64,000 bases of DNA from positions 9,193 through 73,192 of the forward strand of contig MHHG01000028.1 in NCBI GenBank assembly GCA_001805965.1, given 5' to 3'. The notes below the pieces were generated by a model. The model saw nothing but the letters and a program-made list of their open reading frames with translations, was not told the origin of the DNA and did not search any database. Source of the stretch: Omnitrophica WOR_2 bacterium RIFOXYA2_FULL_38_17. Its GTDB lineage: Bacteria; Omnitrophota; Gorgyraeia; Zapsychrales; Zapsychraceae. The position numbers and the translations under genes are program-made. Positions 30,143 to 39,369 of this stretch are shown piece after piece. How positions within the stretch are numbered: the stretch's first letter is position 1; the number at the start of each line of letters is the position of its first letter.

Positions 30143-30244
30143 ATGCCGTGTGGTAAAAAAAGAAAAAATCGCAAAATAAGAACGCATAAAAGAAAGAAAT
30201 TAAGAAAAGCTCTAAGGCATCTTAAAAAGCGTAAGACTCGATAG
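30143..30244 (+). CDS. unannotated 33-aa ultra-basic peptide, ribosomal protein bS22-like
   Basis: MPCGKKRKNRKIRTHKRKKLRKALRHLKKRKTR. GGGTGA RBS 6 nt upstream. Its composition resembles the bS22/RpsV family of Actinobacteria and Bacteroidetes. Confidence 0.45.
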   Translation: MPCGKKRKNRKIRTHKRKKLRKALRHLKKRKTR

Positions 30245-30281
30245 ACTTCTGTGTAGTATACTTATAAAAGAGGTTAAAAAT

Positions 30282-31313
30282 ATGGGGCGTTGTATTTTGA
30301 AAGCTCCTTTAAAGTCTTTTTTCAGGAGCGATATAAAATTTAGCTGTCTTGTTTTTTTGGTGGCTCTTTTCTTTGCGCCAAATGTTACAGATGCCTTTGC
30401 ATTTCAAGAGAGGGTATCTACAGCAAGAGGCCTGTCTCATTATGCAGTCGGTCAAATGTATGATTTATTGGGGCTTACAGAAAACGCGATTCTTGAATAT
30501 GAAAAAGCCTCCCAGTTTGACGATACTAGTTATCTGATCCATCTAAGATTGGGTACTGATTATGCTAGGCTTGGAATGTTAGCAGAATCAATAAGAGAGT
30601 TGACGCTTGTTAATCATCTTAATCAAAGCGAGCTGCAGTCTCATTATTTACTGGCTCTTATTTATTCTAATATAAAAGAATATGACAAAGCAGCGCAAGA
30701 GTATGAGTATATTTTAAAGACTTTTTCAAGTGCCGAACCTCAAAACATTGAGATTTACGGATACCTTGGACAGCTTTATTATTCTCAGAGAAAATTTGAT
30801 AGAGCAATTGAACAATTTGAAAACATCTTGGCGGTTGAGCCTTCAAATCCTGATATTATGTATTTGTTGGGTTCTCTTTATTTAGAAGCTGGTTATTATC
30901 AAAAAGGTGTTGATATTTTCAAAGTTGCCATTGAAATTGATCCTCAACATGATGGATGCCTTAATTCGCTTGCTTATGTTTATGCGGAAAACAAAGAGAA
31001 TTTGACGGAAGCTTTGGATCTAATAAATCGTGCACTTGAAATTAGCCCAAATAATGGAGCATATTTTGATACATTAGGCTGGATATATTTCAAGAAAGGT
31101 GATTATCAAAAGTCGTTAGATTCTCTAATTAAAGCAGATTCTGTCATGGAAGATCCTGTGATTTATGATCATATTGGTGATGTTTATTTTGTAATGAATA
31201 ATGTTGATGAAGCTTTAAAGTATTGGAAACTGTCATTGGACCTTTTGCCGGGCCAGGAAAAAGTTTCCCAAAAGATAGATAAGGTTAATAATGAGCAGGC
31301 CAGCAAGCAATAG
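30282..31313 (+). CDS. secreted tetratricopeptide-repeat protein
   Basis: Signal peptide followed by at least seven TPR units. Confidence 0.6.
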   Translation: MGRCILKAPLKSFFRSDIKFSCLVFLVALFFAPNVTDAFAFQERVSTARGLSHYAVGQMYDLLGLTENAILEYEKASQFDDTSYLIHLRLGTDYARLGMLAESIRELTLVNHLNQSELQSHYLLALIYSNIKEYDKAAQEYEYILKTFSSAEPQNIEIYGYLGQLYYSQRKFDRAIEQFENILAVEPSNPDIMYLLGSLYLEAGYYQKGVDIFKVAIEIDPQHDGCLNSLAYVYAENKENLTEALDLINRALEISPNNGAYFDTLGWIYFKKGDYQKSLDSLIKADSVMEDPVIYDHIGDVYFVMNNVDEALKYWKLSLDLLPGQEKVSQKIDKVNNEQASKQ

Positions 31314-31363
31314 ATGGTCGGATATTTTACGATAGCAATATTCTGTTTTAAATAAATCAGCTT

Positions 31364-32221
31364 ATGAGCGAAATTACACTTCAATCTCCCGCCAAATTAA
31401 ATCTATATCTTAAAGTTATTAATAAGAGACCAGATGGATTTCATAATATAGTTACTTTGTTTGAACGTATTGATTTATTTGATGATCTTTCTTTTTGTTC
31501 TAAACAAAATGAAGGAATAAAAATATTTTGTGATCATCCACATGTTCCGATTGGGCCTAAAAACCTTGTTTATAAAGCAGCAAAAATGTTAAAAGAGGAT
31601 TTTAAGGTAAAGGGAGGGGTGGAAATTCGAATAAACAAGCGCATTCCTGTTGCCGCAGGGTTAGCTGGCGGGTCTAGTAATGGGGCAACGGCTCTTATGG
31701 GTTTAAATAAAGTTTGGAAATTAGGCTTGAGCAGGGAAAAGCTATTGCCATATGCTCGTCGCCTTGGTAGCGATGTGGCTTTTTTTCTTTATAACTGCAG
31801 TTGGGGGTTAGGAACGTCAAGGGGGGATGAAATAGAAGGCTTAAAATTAAAGGCAAAATTGTGGCATATTTTGGTGGTGCCGCGCATTAAAATATATTCC
31901 CGCGACGTATATAGTAGGCATAAATTGCAGTTGACAAAGAGAAATGATAATGTTAATATCCTTATCCGTAATTTAAGTAATGGCAATATATTAGGTCTGG
32001 GAAGTTTATTGTCAAATGACTTAGAGATAGATGTTGTAAAGATTTGCCCGAAGTTGTTGGATTTAAAAGAGAAGCTAAAGTCCTTTAATTCTCTAGGGGT
32101 TATGGTTTCTGGCAGTGGTCCATCAGTTTTTGGGGTAACTGCAACAAAAAAAGAAGCCCAAGAAATTGCCAAGAGCTTATCTAAGCGATTTTCTCAGGTG
32201 TTTGTTGTTAGGACTCTTTGA
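31364..32221 (+). CDS. ispE: 4-diphosphocytidyl-2-C-methyl-D-erythritol kinase
   Basis: GHMP kinase motif PVAAGLAGGSSNGA and an N-terminal PAKLNL motif. Confidence 0.85.
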   Translation: MSEITLQSPAKLNLYLKVINKRPDGFHNIVTLFERIDLFDDLSFCSKQNEGIKIFCDHPHVPIGPKNLVYKAAKMLKEDFKVKGGVEIRINKRIPVAAGLAGGSSNGATALMGLNKVWKLGLSREKLLPYARRLGSDVAFFLYNCSWGLGTSRGDEIEGLKLKAKLWHILVVPRIKIYSRDVYSRHKLQLTKRNDNVNILIRNLSNGNILGLGSLLSNDLEIDVVKICPKLLDLKEKLKSFNSLGVMVSGSGPSVFGVTATKKEAQEIAKSLSKRFSQVFVVRTL

Positions 32222-32263
32222 TAAATTAGATGTATATTTCATATATGTTAATCTTGTTTTTGA

Positions 32264-32293
32264 AAACTTTCTTTGGCTGTAACAAGAAAGTTT
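32264..32293. promoter_or_regulatory. perfect 10-bp inverted repeat (AAACTTTCTT-N10-AAGAAAGTTT) abutting a TATAAT box upstream of spoVG
   Basis: The dyad is directly visible. The right arm ends where TATAAT (32293-32298) begins. Confidence 0.35.
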
Positions 32294-32336
32294 ATAATAA
32301 TCAAGTACGCATCTAAGGAAAGTGAGGAGCTTAGAG

Positions 32337-32705
32337 ATGGAAATCACAGAAATCCGAGTATTTCCAAAAGAGGGTCAAGACAAAAAATTAAAGGCATACA
32401 CAACCGTTACTTTTGATGACTCATTTGTTGTAAGAAATATCAAAGTAATACAGGGTTCAACTGGTTTATTTATAGCAATGCCTTCACGAAAAATGAAAAG
32501 CTCTTGCTCTAAGTGTAATTTTAAAAACGAGGTTGGAGCAAAGTTTTGTAATCATTGCGGAGTTGCTGTTCAACCGGTAAGCAATGAAGAGATTGCAGCG
32601 GATGCAAAATCTGAACATCGGGATATTGCACATCCTATAACACAGAAATTTCGCGAATATCTGCAGAATATGGTTTTAGAGGCATACAAAAAAGAAGTTG
32701 GATAA
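32337..32705 (+). CDS. spoVG: SpoVG family protein with C-terminal zinc-ribbon extension
   Basis: SpoVG core (MEITEIRVFP...TGLFIAMPSRK) plus a CSKCN...CNHCG tail. GAGGAG RBS. Confidence 0.8.
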   Translation: MEITEIRVFPKEGQDKKLKAYTTVTFDDSFVVRNIKVIQGSTGLFIAMPSRKMKSSCSKCNFKNEVGAKFCNHCGVAVQPVSNEEIAADAKSEHRDIAHPITQKFREYLQNMVLEAYKKEVG

Positions 32706-32828
32706 TAATTATTTCAATACCAGGTTCTTCGTATTTTTCTAAAAAACATTCTTAGAGGTTGGCTTATAGTTCCGGTAACATGGTTTTACAATAGCAATTC
32801 TATTTAATATACTTTTTTTAAAAGACTT

Positions 32829-32899
32829 TGCCCGGTGGTGTAATGGCAACACACAAGAATTTGGATCTTGTTTTCCAGGTTCGAGCCCTGGCTGGGCAG
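32829..32899 (+). tRNA. tRNA-Gln (anticodon TTG)
   Basis: Cloverleaf: acceptor TGCCCGG/CTGGGCA with U1-A72, T-arm CCAGG-TTCGAGC-CCTGG, anticodon stem CAAGA/TCTTG, loop ATTTGGA. CCA is not encoded. Confidence 0.75.
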
Positions 32900-32952
32900 T
32901 ATATTTAATATGTTCTATCGTTTTTATGTTAGAACTTAATTTAATTTGACTT

Positions 32953-34215
32953 ATGCAAGATCTCAGGACGATCATATTAGCCGCTGGAAAAGGAACTAGA
33001 ATGAAATCTAGTATTCCTAAAGTGTTGCATGAGGTTTGCGGCAAACCAATTATCCAGTATGTTTTGGATATAGTCAAATCTATAGGTTCATTGAAAACAT
33101 ATATTGTTCTTGGTCACAAAAGTAATTTGGTACAAAATTATTTACCAAAGGACAAAATCATTATTGAGCAAAAGAAGCTTCTTGGTACGGCTGATGCTGT
33201 TAAATGCACGGCAAATTATTTTCGCTCTTATAGCGGGAATGTTCTGATTTTATGTGGAGATACGCCGCTTCTGAACAAGAATGTAATTAGAAGCATTGTT
33301 AGGAGGCATAAAAGGTCTAAAGCAGTATGCACGTTTTTAACTGCGGTTGTCCATGATCCACAAGGGTATGGACGTATAATACGTGATGAATCTCAAAAAG
33401 TTGTTGCTATTCGAGAAGAAAAAGATGCGGTAGGCTTTGAGAAAGATATTGCTGAGATAAATGTTGGGGTTTATTGTTTTAAAAGTCAAGAATTGTTTAA
33501 AGCGATAAAAGATGTGAAGCCTAATAACAAGAAAAATGAATATTATTTGACGGACATTATTGAGCTGTTCTTTTTAAAAGGATGTAAGATTGAAACTGTT
33601 GAAACTGATGATCCGTTTGAAGGGCTTGGAGTTAATTCCAGGGAGGATCTTGCTTTGGCTGAGGAGGTAATACGGCATAAGATTTTAAGAAAAATTATGT
33701 CGCAAGGTGTTACAGTTGTTGACCCAAACACTACATATATTGATGCTAATGTAAAGATAGGAAAAGATACAACGATCAGGCCGTTTACTTATATTGAAAA
33801 GAACGTTAGGATTGGTGAGCACTGTATTATAGGGCCTTTTGCAAGAATAAGAGTTGATACAAAAATTGGAAATAATGTTGATGTTGGTAATTTTACTGAG
33901 ATCTCACGTTCCAAAATAGGTTCTAACTGTTTTATGAAGCATTTTAGTTATTTAGGCGATACATTTGTTGGGTCCCATGTCAATATCGGTGCAGGTATGG
34001 TCACAGCAAATTTTGATGGCAAGCAGAAACATATATCTAGGATAGCTGATCATGCTTTTATTGGTTCTAACTCAACATTAATTTCTCCAGTGAGGATAGG
34101 CAAAAAAGCAGTTGTTGGAGCAGGCAGTGTGGTTACCAGGGGGAAAGTTGTTCCTGATGGTAGGGTTGTTGTCGGTGTCCCAGCAAAAATAGTTGAGAAG
34201 AAAGAAGAGAAATGA
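32953..34215 (+). CDS. glmU: bifunctional UDP-N-acetylglucosamine pyrophosphorylase / glucosamine-1-phosphate N-acetyltransferase
   Basis: N-terminal LAAGKGTRM nucleotidyltransferase motif and C-terminal hexapeptide repeats. Confidence 0.85.
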   Translation: MQDLRTIILAAGKGTRMKSSIPKVLHEVCGKPIIQYVLDIVKSIGSLKTYIVLGHKSNLVQNYLPKDKIIIEQKKLLGTADAVKCTANYFRSYSGNVLILCGDTPLLNKNVIRSIVRRHKRSKAVCTFLTAVVHDPQGYGRIIRDESQKVVAIREEKDAVGFEKDIAEINVGVYCFKSQELFKAIKDVKPNNKKNEYYLTDIIELFFLKGCKIETVETDDPFEGLGVNSREDLALAEEVIRHKILRKIMSQGVTVVDPNTTYIDANVKIGKDTTIRPFTYIEKNVRIGEHCIIGPFARIRVDTKIGNNVDVGNFTEISRSKIGSNCFMKHFSYLGDTFVGSHVNIGAGMVTANFDGKQKHISRIADHAFIGSNSTLISPVRIGKKAVVGAGSVVTRGKVVPDGRVVVGVPAKIVEKKEEK

Positions 34216-35153
34216 AAATAATATCAGGGAATGCAAATATTGATTTAGCTGAGAAGATTTGTAAACATTTGAATATACCTTTAACAAGGGTTTTAGTTTC
34301 TCGTTTTAGTGAAGGTGAAATAAGGGTTAAGATTGAAGAAAATATTAGGGGGAAAGACCTTTTTATTATTCAGCCAACTTGTCCACCAACTAATGAAAAT
34401 ATAATGGAGCTTTTGATACTTATGGATGCGGCAAGAAGGGCGTCTGCAAAAAGGATTACAGCAGTAGTTCCTTATTACGGTTATGCGAGGCAAGACCGCA
34501 AGGATCAGCCAAGAGTTCCTATTACAGCAAAATTAGTCGCTAATCTTATGGTTGCAGCAGGGGCTGAAAGAGTTTTGACGATGGACTTACATGCAAACCA
34601 GATTCAAGGATTCTTTGATATACCAGTTGATCATTTATATTGCATTAATGCGCTTTGTGATTATTTTCAAGAGAAGAATCTTAAGAATATGGTTGTTGTG
34701 TCTCCTGATGTCGGAGGGACTAAAATGGCAAGAGCTTATGCAAAGAGGCTCAATGCAGGTTTGGCTATTGTTGACAAGAGGAGAGAAAGCCCGGAGAAGA
34801 CAGAGGTCATGCATATTCTTGGACGCGTAAAGGGAAAGAGTGCCGTTATTGTTGATGATATAGTTGCGACGGCAGGATCTTTAGTCGAGGCTGCCGAGGC
34901 TTTGGAGAAAAAGGGTGTTAAAGAAGTTTATGCGGCTATGAGCCACGGAATTCTTTCTGGCAAGGCAATTGAAAGAATCAGGGATTGTAGTGTAATAAAG
35001 GAAGTGTTGATAACTGATACTATTCCTTTGGATCAATCAAAAAGGATCAATAAGATCAAGGTTGTATCTGTAGGCTCGATACTTGCTGATGCCATACAGA
35101 GAATTCATGACGAAGAATCAATAAGTTGTTTGTTTGATGGAACAACAAGATAA
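34212..35153 (+). CDS. prs: ribose-phosphate pyrophosphokinase
   Basis: PRPP synthetase motifs (SRFSEGE, DLHA, VDDIVATAGS). Confidence 0.9.
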   Translation: MKIISGNANIDLAEKICKHLNIPLTRVLVSRFSEGEIRVKIEENIRGKDLFIIQPTCPPTNENIMELLILMDAARRASAKRITAVVPYYGYARQDRKDQPRVPITAKLVANLMVAAGAERVLTMDLHANQIQGFFDIPVDHLYCINALCDYFQEKNLKNMVVVSPDVGGTKMARAYAKRLNAGLAIVDKRRESPEKTEVMHILGRVKGKSAVIVDDIVATAGSLVEAAEALEKKGVKEVYAAMSHGILSGKAIERIRDCSVIKEVLITDTIPLDQSKRINKIKVVSVGSILADAIQRIHDEESISCLFDGTTR

Positions 35154-35177
35154 GAAAAGAAGAGGCGGTTACTTAAA

Positions 35178-35855
35178 ATGGAAGAAATCAAATTAGATGT
35201 TCAATTAAGAGATAGGGTTGGAACAAGAAAAATAAAAAGTATCAGGAGAGCTGATGCAGTTCCGGCTGTAGTTTATGGCGGTGGAAAAGAAGTAACAACG
35301 ATAAAGCTGGATCGACGAACATATGAAAAAATTATGCGCCATCATCAAGGGCAAAGTGTTCTTTTTCATTTAAACGTTATGGAAGGCGATAAAAGCTTGA
35401 AGGATTGTTCTGTTATTGTTAAGGAAGAGCAGCATGATCCTGTTACAGACAAGTTGCTTCATATTGACTTCAAGCAGATTTCTTTAACAGAAGAGATTGA
35501 GGTTACAGTCCCTATTGAAGCGAAAGGTGATGCAGATGGTGTTAAGAATGGTGGCGGTTCTTTGGATCATGCAATGTGGGAATTGGATATTATTTGTTTG
35601 CCGATGAATATACCAGAAAAGATCCAAGTAAATGTTACTAGCTTAAAAATTGGCGATGCTATTCATGTAAAAGACATTGTTTTGCCTCAAGGCATCAGAA
35701 CGAAGCATGACCTAGAAGCGATAGTTTTTGCTGTTTTTCCTCCAATGCGAGAAGAAATTGAAGTCGCAGAAGAGGAAGCTCCTTCAGAGCCTGAAGTATT
35801 AAAAGAGAAGAAAGTTAAAGAAGAGGCTAAAGCAGACGTAAAAACTGAGAAATAA
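35178..35855 (+). CDS. rplY: 50S ribosomal protein L25 / general stress protein Ctc
   Basis: L25 N-domain (RKIKSIRRADAVPAVVYGG) and a charged C-terminal tail. Confidence 0.85.
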   Translation: MEEIKLDVQLRDRVGTRKIKSIRRADAVPAVVYGGGKEVTTIKLDRRTYEKIMRHHQGQSVLFHLNVMEGDKSLKDCSVIVKEEQHDPVTDKLLHIDFKQISLTEEIEVTVPIEAKGDADGVKNGGGSLDHAMWELDIICLPMNIPEKIQVNVTSLKIGDAIHVKDIVLPQGIRTKHDLEAIVFAVFPPMREEIEVAEEEAPSEPEVLKEKKVKEEAKADVKTEK

Positions 35856-35869
35856 GGGTATTATATAAA

Positions 35870-36451
35870 GTGAAACTCATAGTGGGTTTAGGTAATCCTG
35901 GCAAGGATTACGAATATACGCGGCACAATCTTGGGTTTCTTGTCGTAAAACATTTGGCTGAAAGGTTAAATGTCGGATGGAAATTAAGCTCTTTTACAAA
36001 TGGTTTAACAGCAGAAGGAAATTATCGGGGTAATGGTTTTTGCTTGTTTCTGCCGTTAACATATATGAACAAATCAGGAGGAGCGGTCAAGCAGATCATT
36101 GAAACAAAAGAATTCCTTTTAGATGAATCTTTAATTGTTTGTGATGATCTAAATCTTGATTTTGAGCAAATACGAATAAGACCAAAAGGAAGCGATGGCG
36201 GACACAATGGCTTGGATTCTATAATCCAGTATTTGTGCACTGACGAGTTTCCACGTTTGAGGATGGGTATTGGCCATCCAGGCAATAAAGTCGATGTTGT
36301 TGATTATGTTCTCGAAGAGTTCAGCAAAAGCGAAAAAAATAATCTAGAAGATTTTATTGGCAAATCTGCGGATTGCTGTCTTATTTGGTTAGATGAGGGG
36401 ATTGGAAAAGCGATGGAAAGGTTTAATGGAAAGAGTTTTTCACAAGAATAG
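35870..36451 (+). CDS. pth: peptidyl-tRNA hydrolase
   Basis: GLGNPG and TRHNLGF motifs. GTG start. Confidence 0.9.
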   Translation: MKLIVGLGNPGKDYEYTRHNLGFLVVKHLAERLNVGWKLSSFTNGLTAEGNYRGNGFCLFLPLTYMNKSGGAVKQIIETKEFLLDESLIVCDDLNLDFEQIRIRPKGSDGGHNGLDSIIQYLCTDEFPRLRMGIGHPGNKVDVVDYVLEEFSKSEKNNLEDFIGKSADCCLIWLDEGIGKAMERFNGKSFSQE

Positions 36452-36476
36452 TGAGAGTATGTAGAAAGGGAGTAAA

Positions 36477-36779
36477 ATGGAAAAAACGGAAGTAGTTAAA
36501 AAATATGAGCTGGTGATTATTGTTGATGCTAAAGTTGCTAATGAAGAGAAGGAAGCAATTTTGAGAGATTGTACTGATACGATCGAAAAGAACAATGGCA
36601 AGATCATTAATAGTCAAGTTTGGCTTGAAAAACAAAAATTCACATTTGATATTAAAAAACGAAGCGAAGGGACTTATTATCTAGTTAATTTTGAAATTGT
36701 CGGATCAGGTATTGGTAAGATTCGTGCGGCTTTGAGACTGAAAGAAAAAGTCCTTCGTTATTTAGTAACAAAATTATAG
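36477..36779 (+). CDS. rpsF: 30S ribosomal protein S6
   Basis: YELVIIV N-terminal signature. Sits in a conserved rpsF-ssb-rpsR cluster. Confidence 0.85.
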   Translation: MEKTEVVKKYELVIIVDAKVANEEKEAILRDCTDTIEKNNGKIINSQVWLEKQKFTFDIKKRSEGTYYLVNFEIVGSGIGKIRAALRLKEKVLRYLVTKL

Positions 36780-36817
36780 AAATCATTAATAAGGCTTTTG
36801 TCTGTAAGGAGGATGAA

Positions 36818-37258
36818 ATGGCGAATTTAAACAAAGTGTTTTTAATCGGCAACTTAACAAGAGACCCAGAGTTACGTTATACTCCAGGTGGAACAGCGGT
36901 TGCAAATTTGGGAATTGCGGTAAACAGGAGATTCAAGGATAGTTCAGGTGAGTTGAAGGAAGAAGTATGTTTCTTGACAGTGACCGTGTGGGATAAGCAA
37001 GCGGAAGCATGCTGTCAGTATCTTACGAAAGGTAGGCCGGTATTTGTGGAAGGCGTATTGCAGTCAAGATTTTGGGAAACAACTGATGGTCAGAAAAGAA
37101 GCGCAATTGATGTCAGGGCAGAAAGAGTACAATTTTTAGGTAGTTATGGTGATGGCTCAAAAGACAAAGATATAAACAAAGAGGAGTTAGTAGGGGCTCC
37201 TGATATTATCGGGTTGTCAGAAACTATTAAGCCTGAAGACATTGCCTGGGACGAATAA
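36818..37258 (+). CDS. ssb: single-stranded DNA-binding protein
   Basis: OB-fold motifs NKVFLIGNLTRDPELRYTPGG and an acidic C-terminal tip. Confidence 0.9.
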   Translation: MANLNKVFLIGNLTRDPELRYTPGGTAVANLGIAVNRRFKDSSGELKEEVCFLTVTVWDKQAEACCQYLTKGRPVFVEGVLQSRFWETTDGQKRSAIDVRAERVQFLGSYGDGSKDKDINKEELVGAPDIIGLSETIKPEDIAWDE

Positions 37259-37284
37259 TAATTCTAGGAAGGAAAGAATAATTC

Positions 37285-37539
37285 ATGAAAAAGAAATTAA
37301 TGAAGCCAAGAAGAAATTTTAATGGCCGTCAAAGAAATACGGCAAAATATCAAATGTCCAAAGATACTGATATTAACTACAAGAATATTAGTTTGCTTCA
37401 GAAATATTTGAATGACAGAGGAAAGGTTGTTCCCAGAAGAATAACCGGTGTTACTGCAAAAGATCAAAGACGTTTGATAGAAGCAATCAAAAATGCAAGG
37501 TTCTTAAGTTTACTTATTACGGGAGGAGTGAAAAAATAG
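37285..37539 (+). CDS. rpsR: 30S ribosomal protein S18
   Basis: S18 motif [19 protein letters not shown]. Confidence 0.85.
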   Translation: MKKKLMKPRRNFNGRQRNTAKYQMSKDTDINYKNISLLQKYLNDRGKVVPRRITGVTAKDQRRLIEAIKNARFLSLLITGGVKK

Positions 37540-37541
37540 CC

Positions 37542-37985
37542 ATGGAAGTAATTCTATCACAAAATGTAGCTAGTTTAGGAAAAACTGGTGAGGTTGTAAA
37601 AGTTAAGGATGGTTATGCTCGTAACTTTCTTATTCCAAAGAAATTAGCTTACATAGCTAGTGCGACGAATTTAAAGAGGATCGAACAGCAAGAAAAGAAA
37701 CGTAAGCTTGCATATGAATCTGAAAAGAAAAAAGCTGAGACGTTAGCTGAACAATTAAACAAGGCTTCTTGTACTGTTGCAGCAGAAGTTAACGATTTGG
37801 ATAAATTATACGGAGCAATCAGTGAAACAGAAATAATTAAGGCTTTAGAAGTTGAAGGGTTCAACGTTGATAAAAAAGACATAGTTGTTGAAAAGCCGAT
37901 TGAAGAGTTGGGTATATTTGAAGTTTTTGTTAAACTCCATCCAGAGGTGACTGCAAAAGTGCGATTATGGGTCACGAAGAAATAA
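37542..37985 (+). CDS. rplI: 50S ribosomal protein L9
   Basis: MEVIL...GYARNFLIPK N-domain. Confidence 0.9.
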   Translation: MEVILSQNVASLGKTGEVVKVKDGYARNFLIPKKLAYIASATNLKRIEQQEKKRKLAYESEKKKAETLAEQLNKASCTVAAEVNDLDKLYGAISETEIIKALEVEGFNVDKKDIVVEKPIEELGIFEVFVKLHPEVTAKVRLWVTKK

Positions 37986-39298
37986 GGATTCCTCCTCAGA
38001 ATATTGCTGCGGAAAAGTCTGTTTTAGGATCAATGCTGATTGATGAAGATGCTATAGGTATAGCAGTTGAGATCCTTAACGAGACTTTGTTTTATGATGA
38101 TGCACATCGTAAAATTTACAAAGCAATTATTGATCTATATAATTCAAGAAAGAATGTAGATCTGATTACGTTATCTGATAATTTAAAAAGCGACGGCTTT
38201 TTAGAAGATATCGGCGGCGTTGCTTATCTGTCCACAATAGTCGATTTTGTCCCTACCTCCGCAAACGTTGAGCATTATGCTCAAATTGTCAAAGAAAAAG
38301 GCATTTTAAGAAAACTAATAAAAAATTCAACTCAGATCGTTACAGAATGTTTCAGCGCTACCGGTAAAGTTGAAGATGTTGTAGATAATGCTGAAAGATT
38401 AATCTTTGAAATTGCTGAATTAAAACAAAATCAACAATCCTATCAAATTAAAGACCTGATCAAGGAGGGTATGGAGAACCTTGATAAGCTTTATCAAAGA
38501 AAAGAACATATTACCGGAGTTGCCAGCGGTTTTGATAAGATAGACAAGATGACTTCAGGTTTGCAGAAGTCAGACTTGATCATAGTTGCAGGAAGGCCTT
38601 CGATGGGTAAAAGCGCTCTGGCCGTATCAATTGCTGAAAATGTAAGTATTATTGGTGGCAAGAATGTTGCTATCTTTAGCTTAGAGATGTCTAAGGAGCA
38701 ATTGGTTCAGAGAATGCTTTGTTCGCAGGCAAGAGTTGACGCTCACAAGGTGAGGTCAGGGTTTTTATCTCCATCAGATTGGCCAAAACTGACTTCAGCA
38801 GCGGCAAAACTGTCTGGTTCTAAAATATTTATTGATGATACACCAGCTATATCGGCATTGGAATTGAGAGCAAAATCAAGGAGATTGAAAGCGAATTATG
38901 GTCTTGATCTGATAATTCTTGATTATCTTCAGCTTATGAGAGGTTCTATCAAGTCAGATAGTCGCCAACAAGAAATTTCAGAAATCTCACGTTCTTTAAA
39001 GGCATTGGCAAGAGAATTAAGCGTACCTTTTATAGCATTAAGCCAGTTGTCTAGAGCAGTCGAGGCAAGGCAGGATCATCGGCCTCAATTGTCTGATTTA
39101 AGGGAGTCTGGAGCTATTGAGCAGGACGCAGATGTTGTTGTTTTGCTGATGAGAGAAGAATATTACAACCCTACAGAAGAGAATAGAGGCATTGCGGATG
39201 TAATAATTGCAAAACAAAGAAATGGTCCGGTTGGAACCATAAAGCTTCAATTCACAAAGGAATATATGCGCTTTGAAAATCTTGCACATGTTGATTGA
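37967..39298 (+). CDS. dnaB: replicative DNA helicase
   Basis: Walker A GRPSMGKS, Walker B LIILDYLQLM, and the RecA-like motif H4. Confidence 0.9.
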   Translation: MGHEEIRIPPQNIAAEKSVLGSMLIDEDAIGIAVEILNETLFYDDAHRKIYKAIIDLYNSRKNVDLITLSDNLKSDGFLEDIGGVAYLSTIVDFVPTSANVEHYAQIVKEKGILRKLIKNSTQIVTECFSATGKVEDVVDNAERLIFEIAELKQNQQSYQIKDLIKEGMENLDKLYQRKEHITGVASGFDKIDKMTSGLQKSDLIIVAGRPSMGKSALAVSIAENVSIIGGKNVAIFSLEMSKEQLVQRMLCSQARVDAHKVRSGFLSPSDWPKLTSAAAKLSGSKIFIDDTPAISALELRAKSRRLKANYGLDLIILDYLQLMRGSIKSDSRQQEISEISRSLKALARELSVPFIALSQLSRAVEARQDHRPQLSDLRESGAIEQDADVVVLLMREEYYNPTEENRGIADVIIAKQRNGPVGTIKLQFTKEYMRFENLAHVD

Positions 39299-39369
39299 CA
39301 GTTGCAAATATTGACTTTATAATCAGACAAATCAATCAAACCAATCATTAACAATATGGACTATTAACA

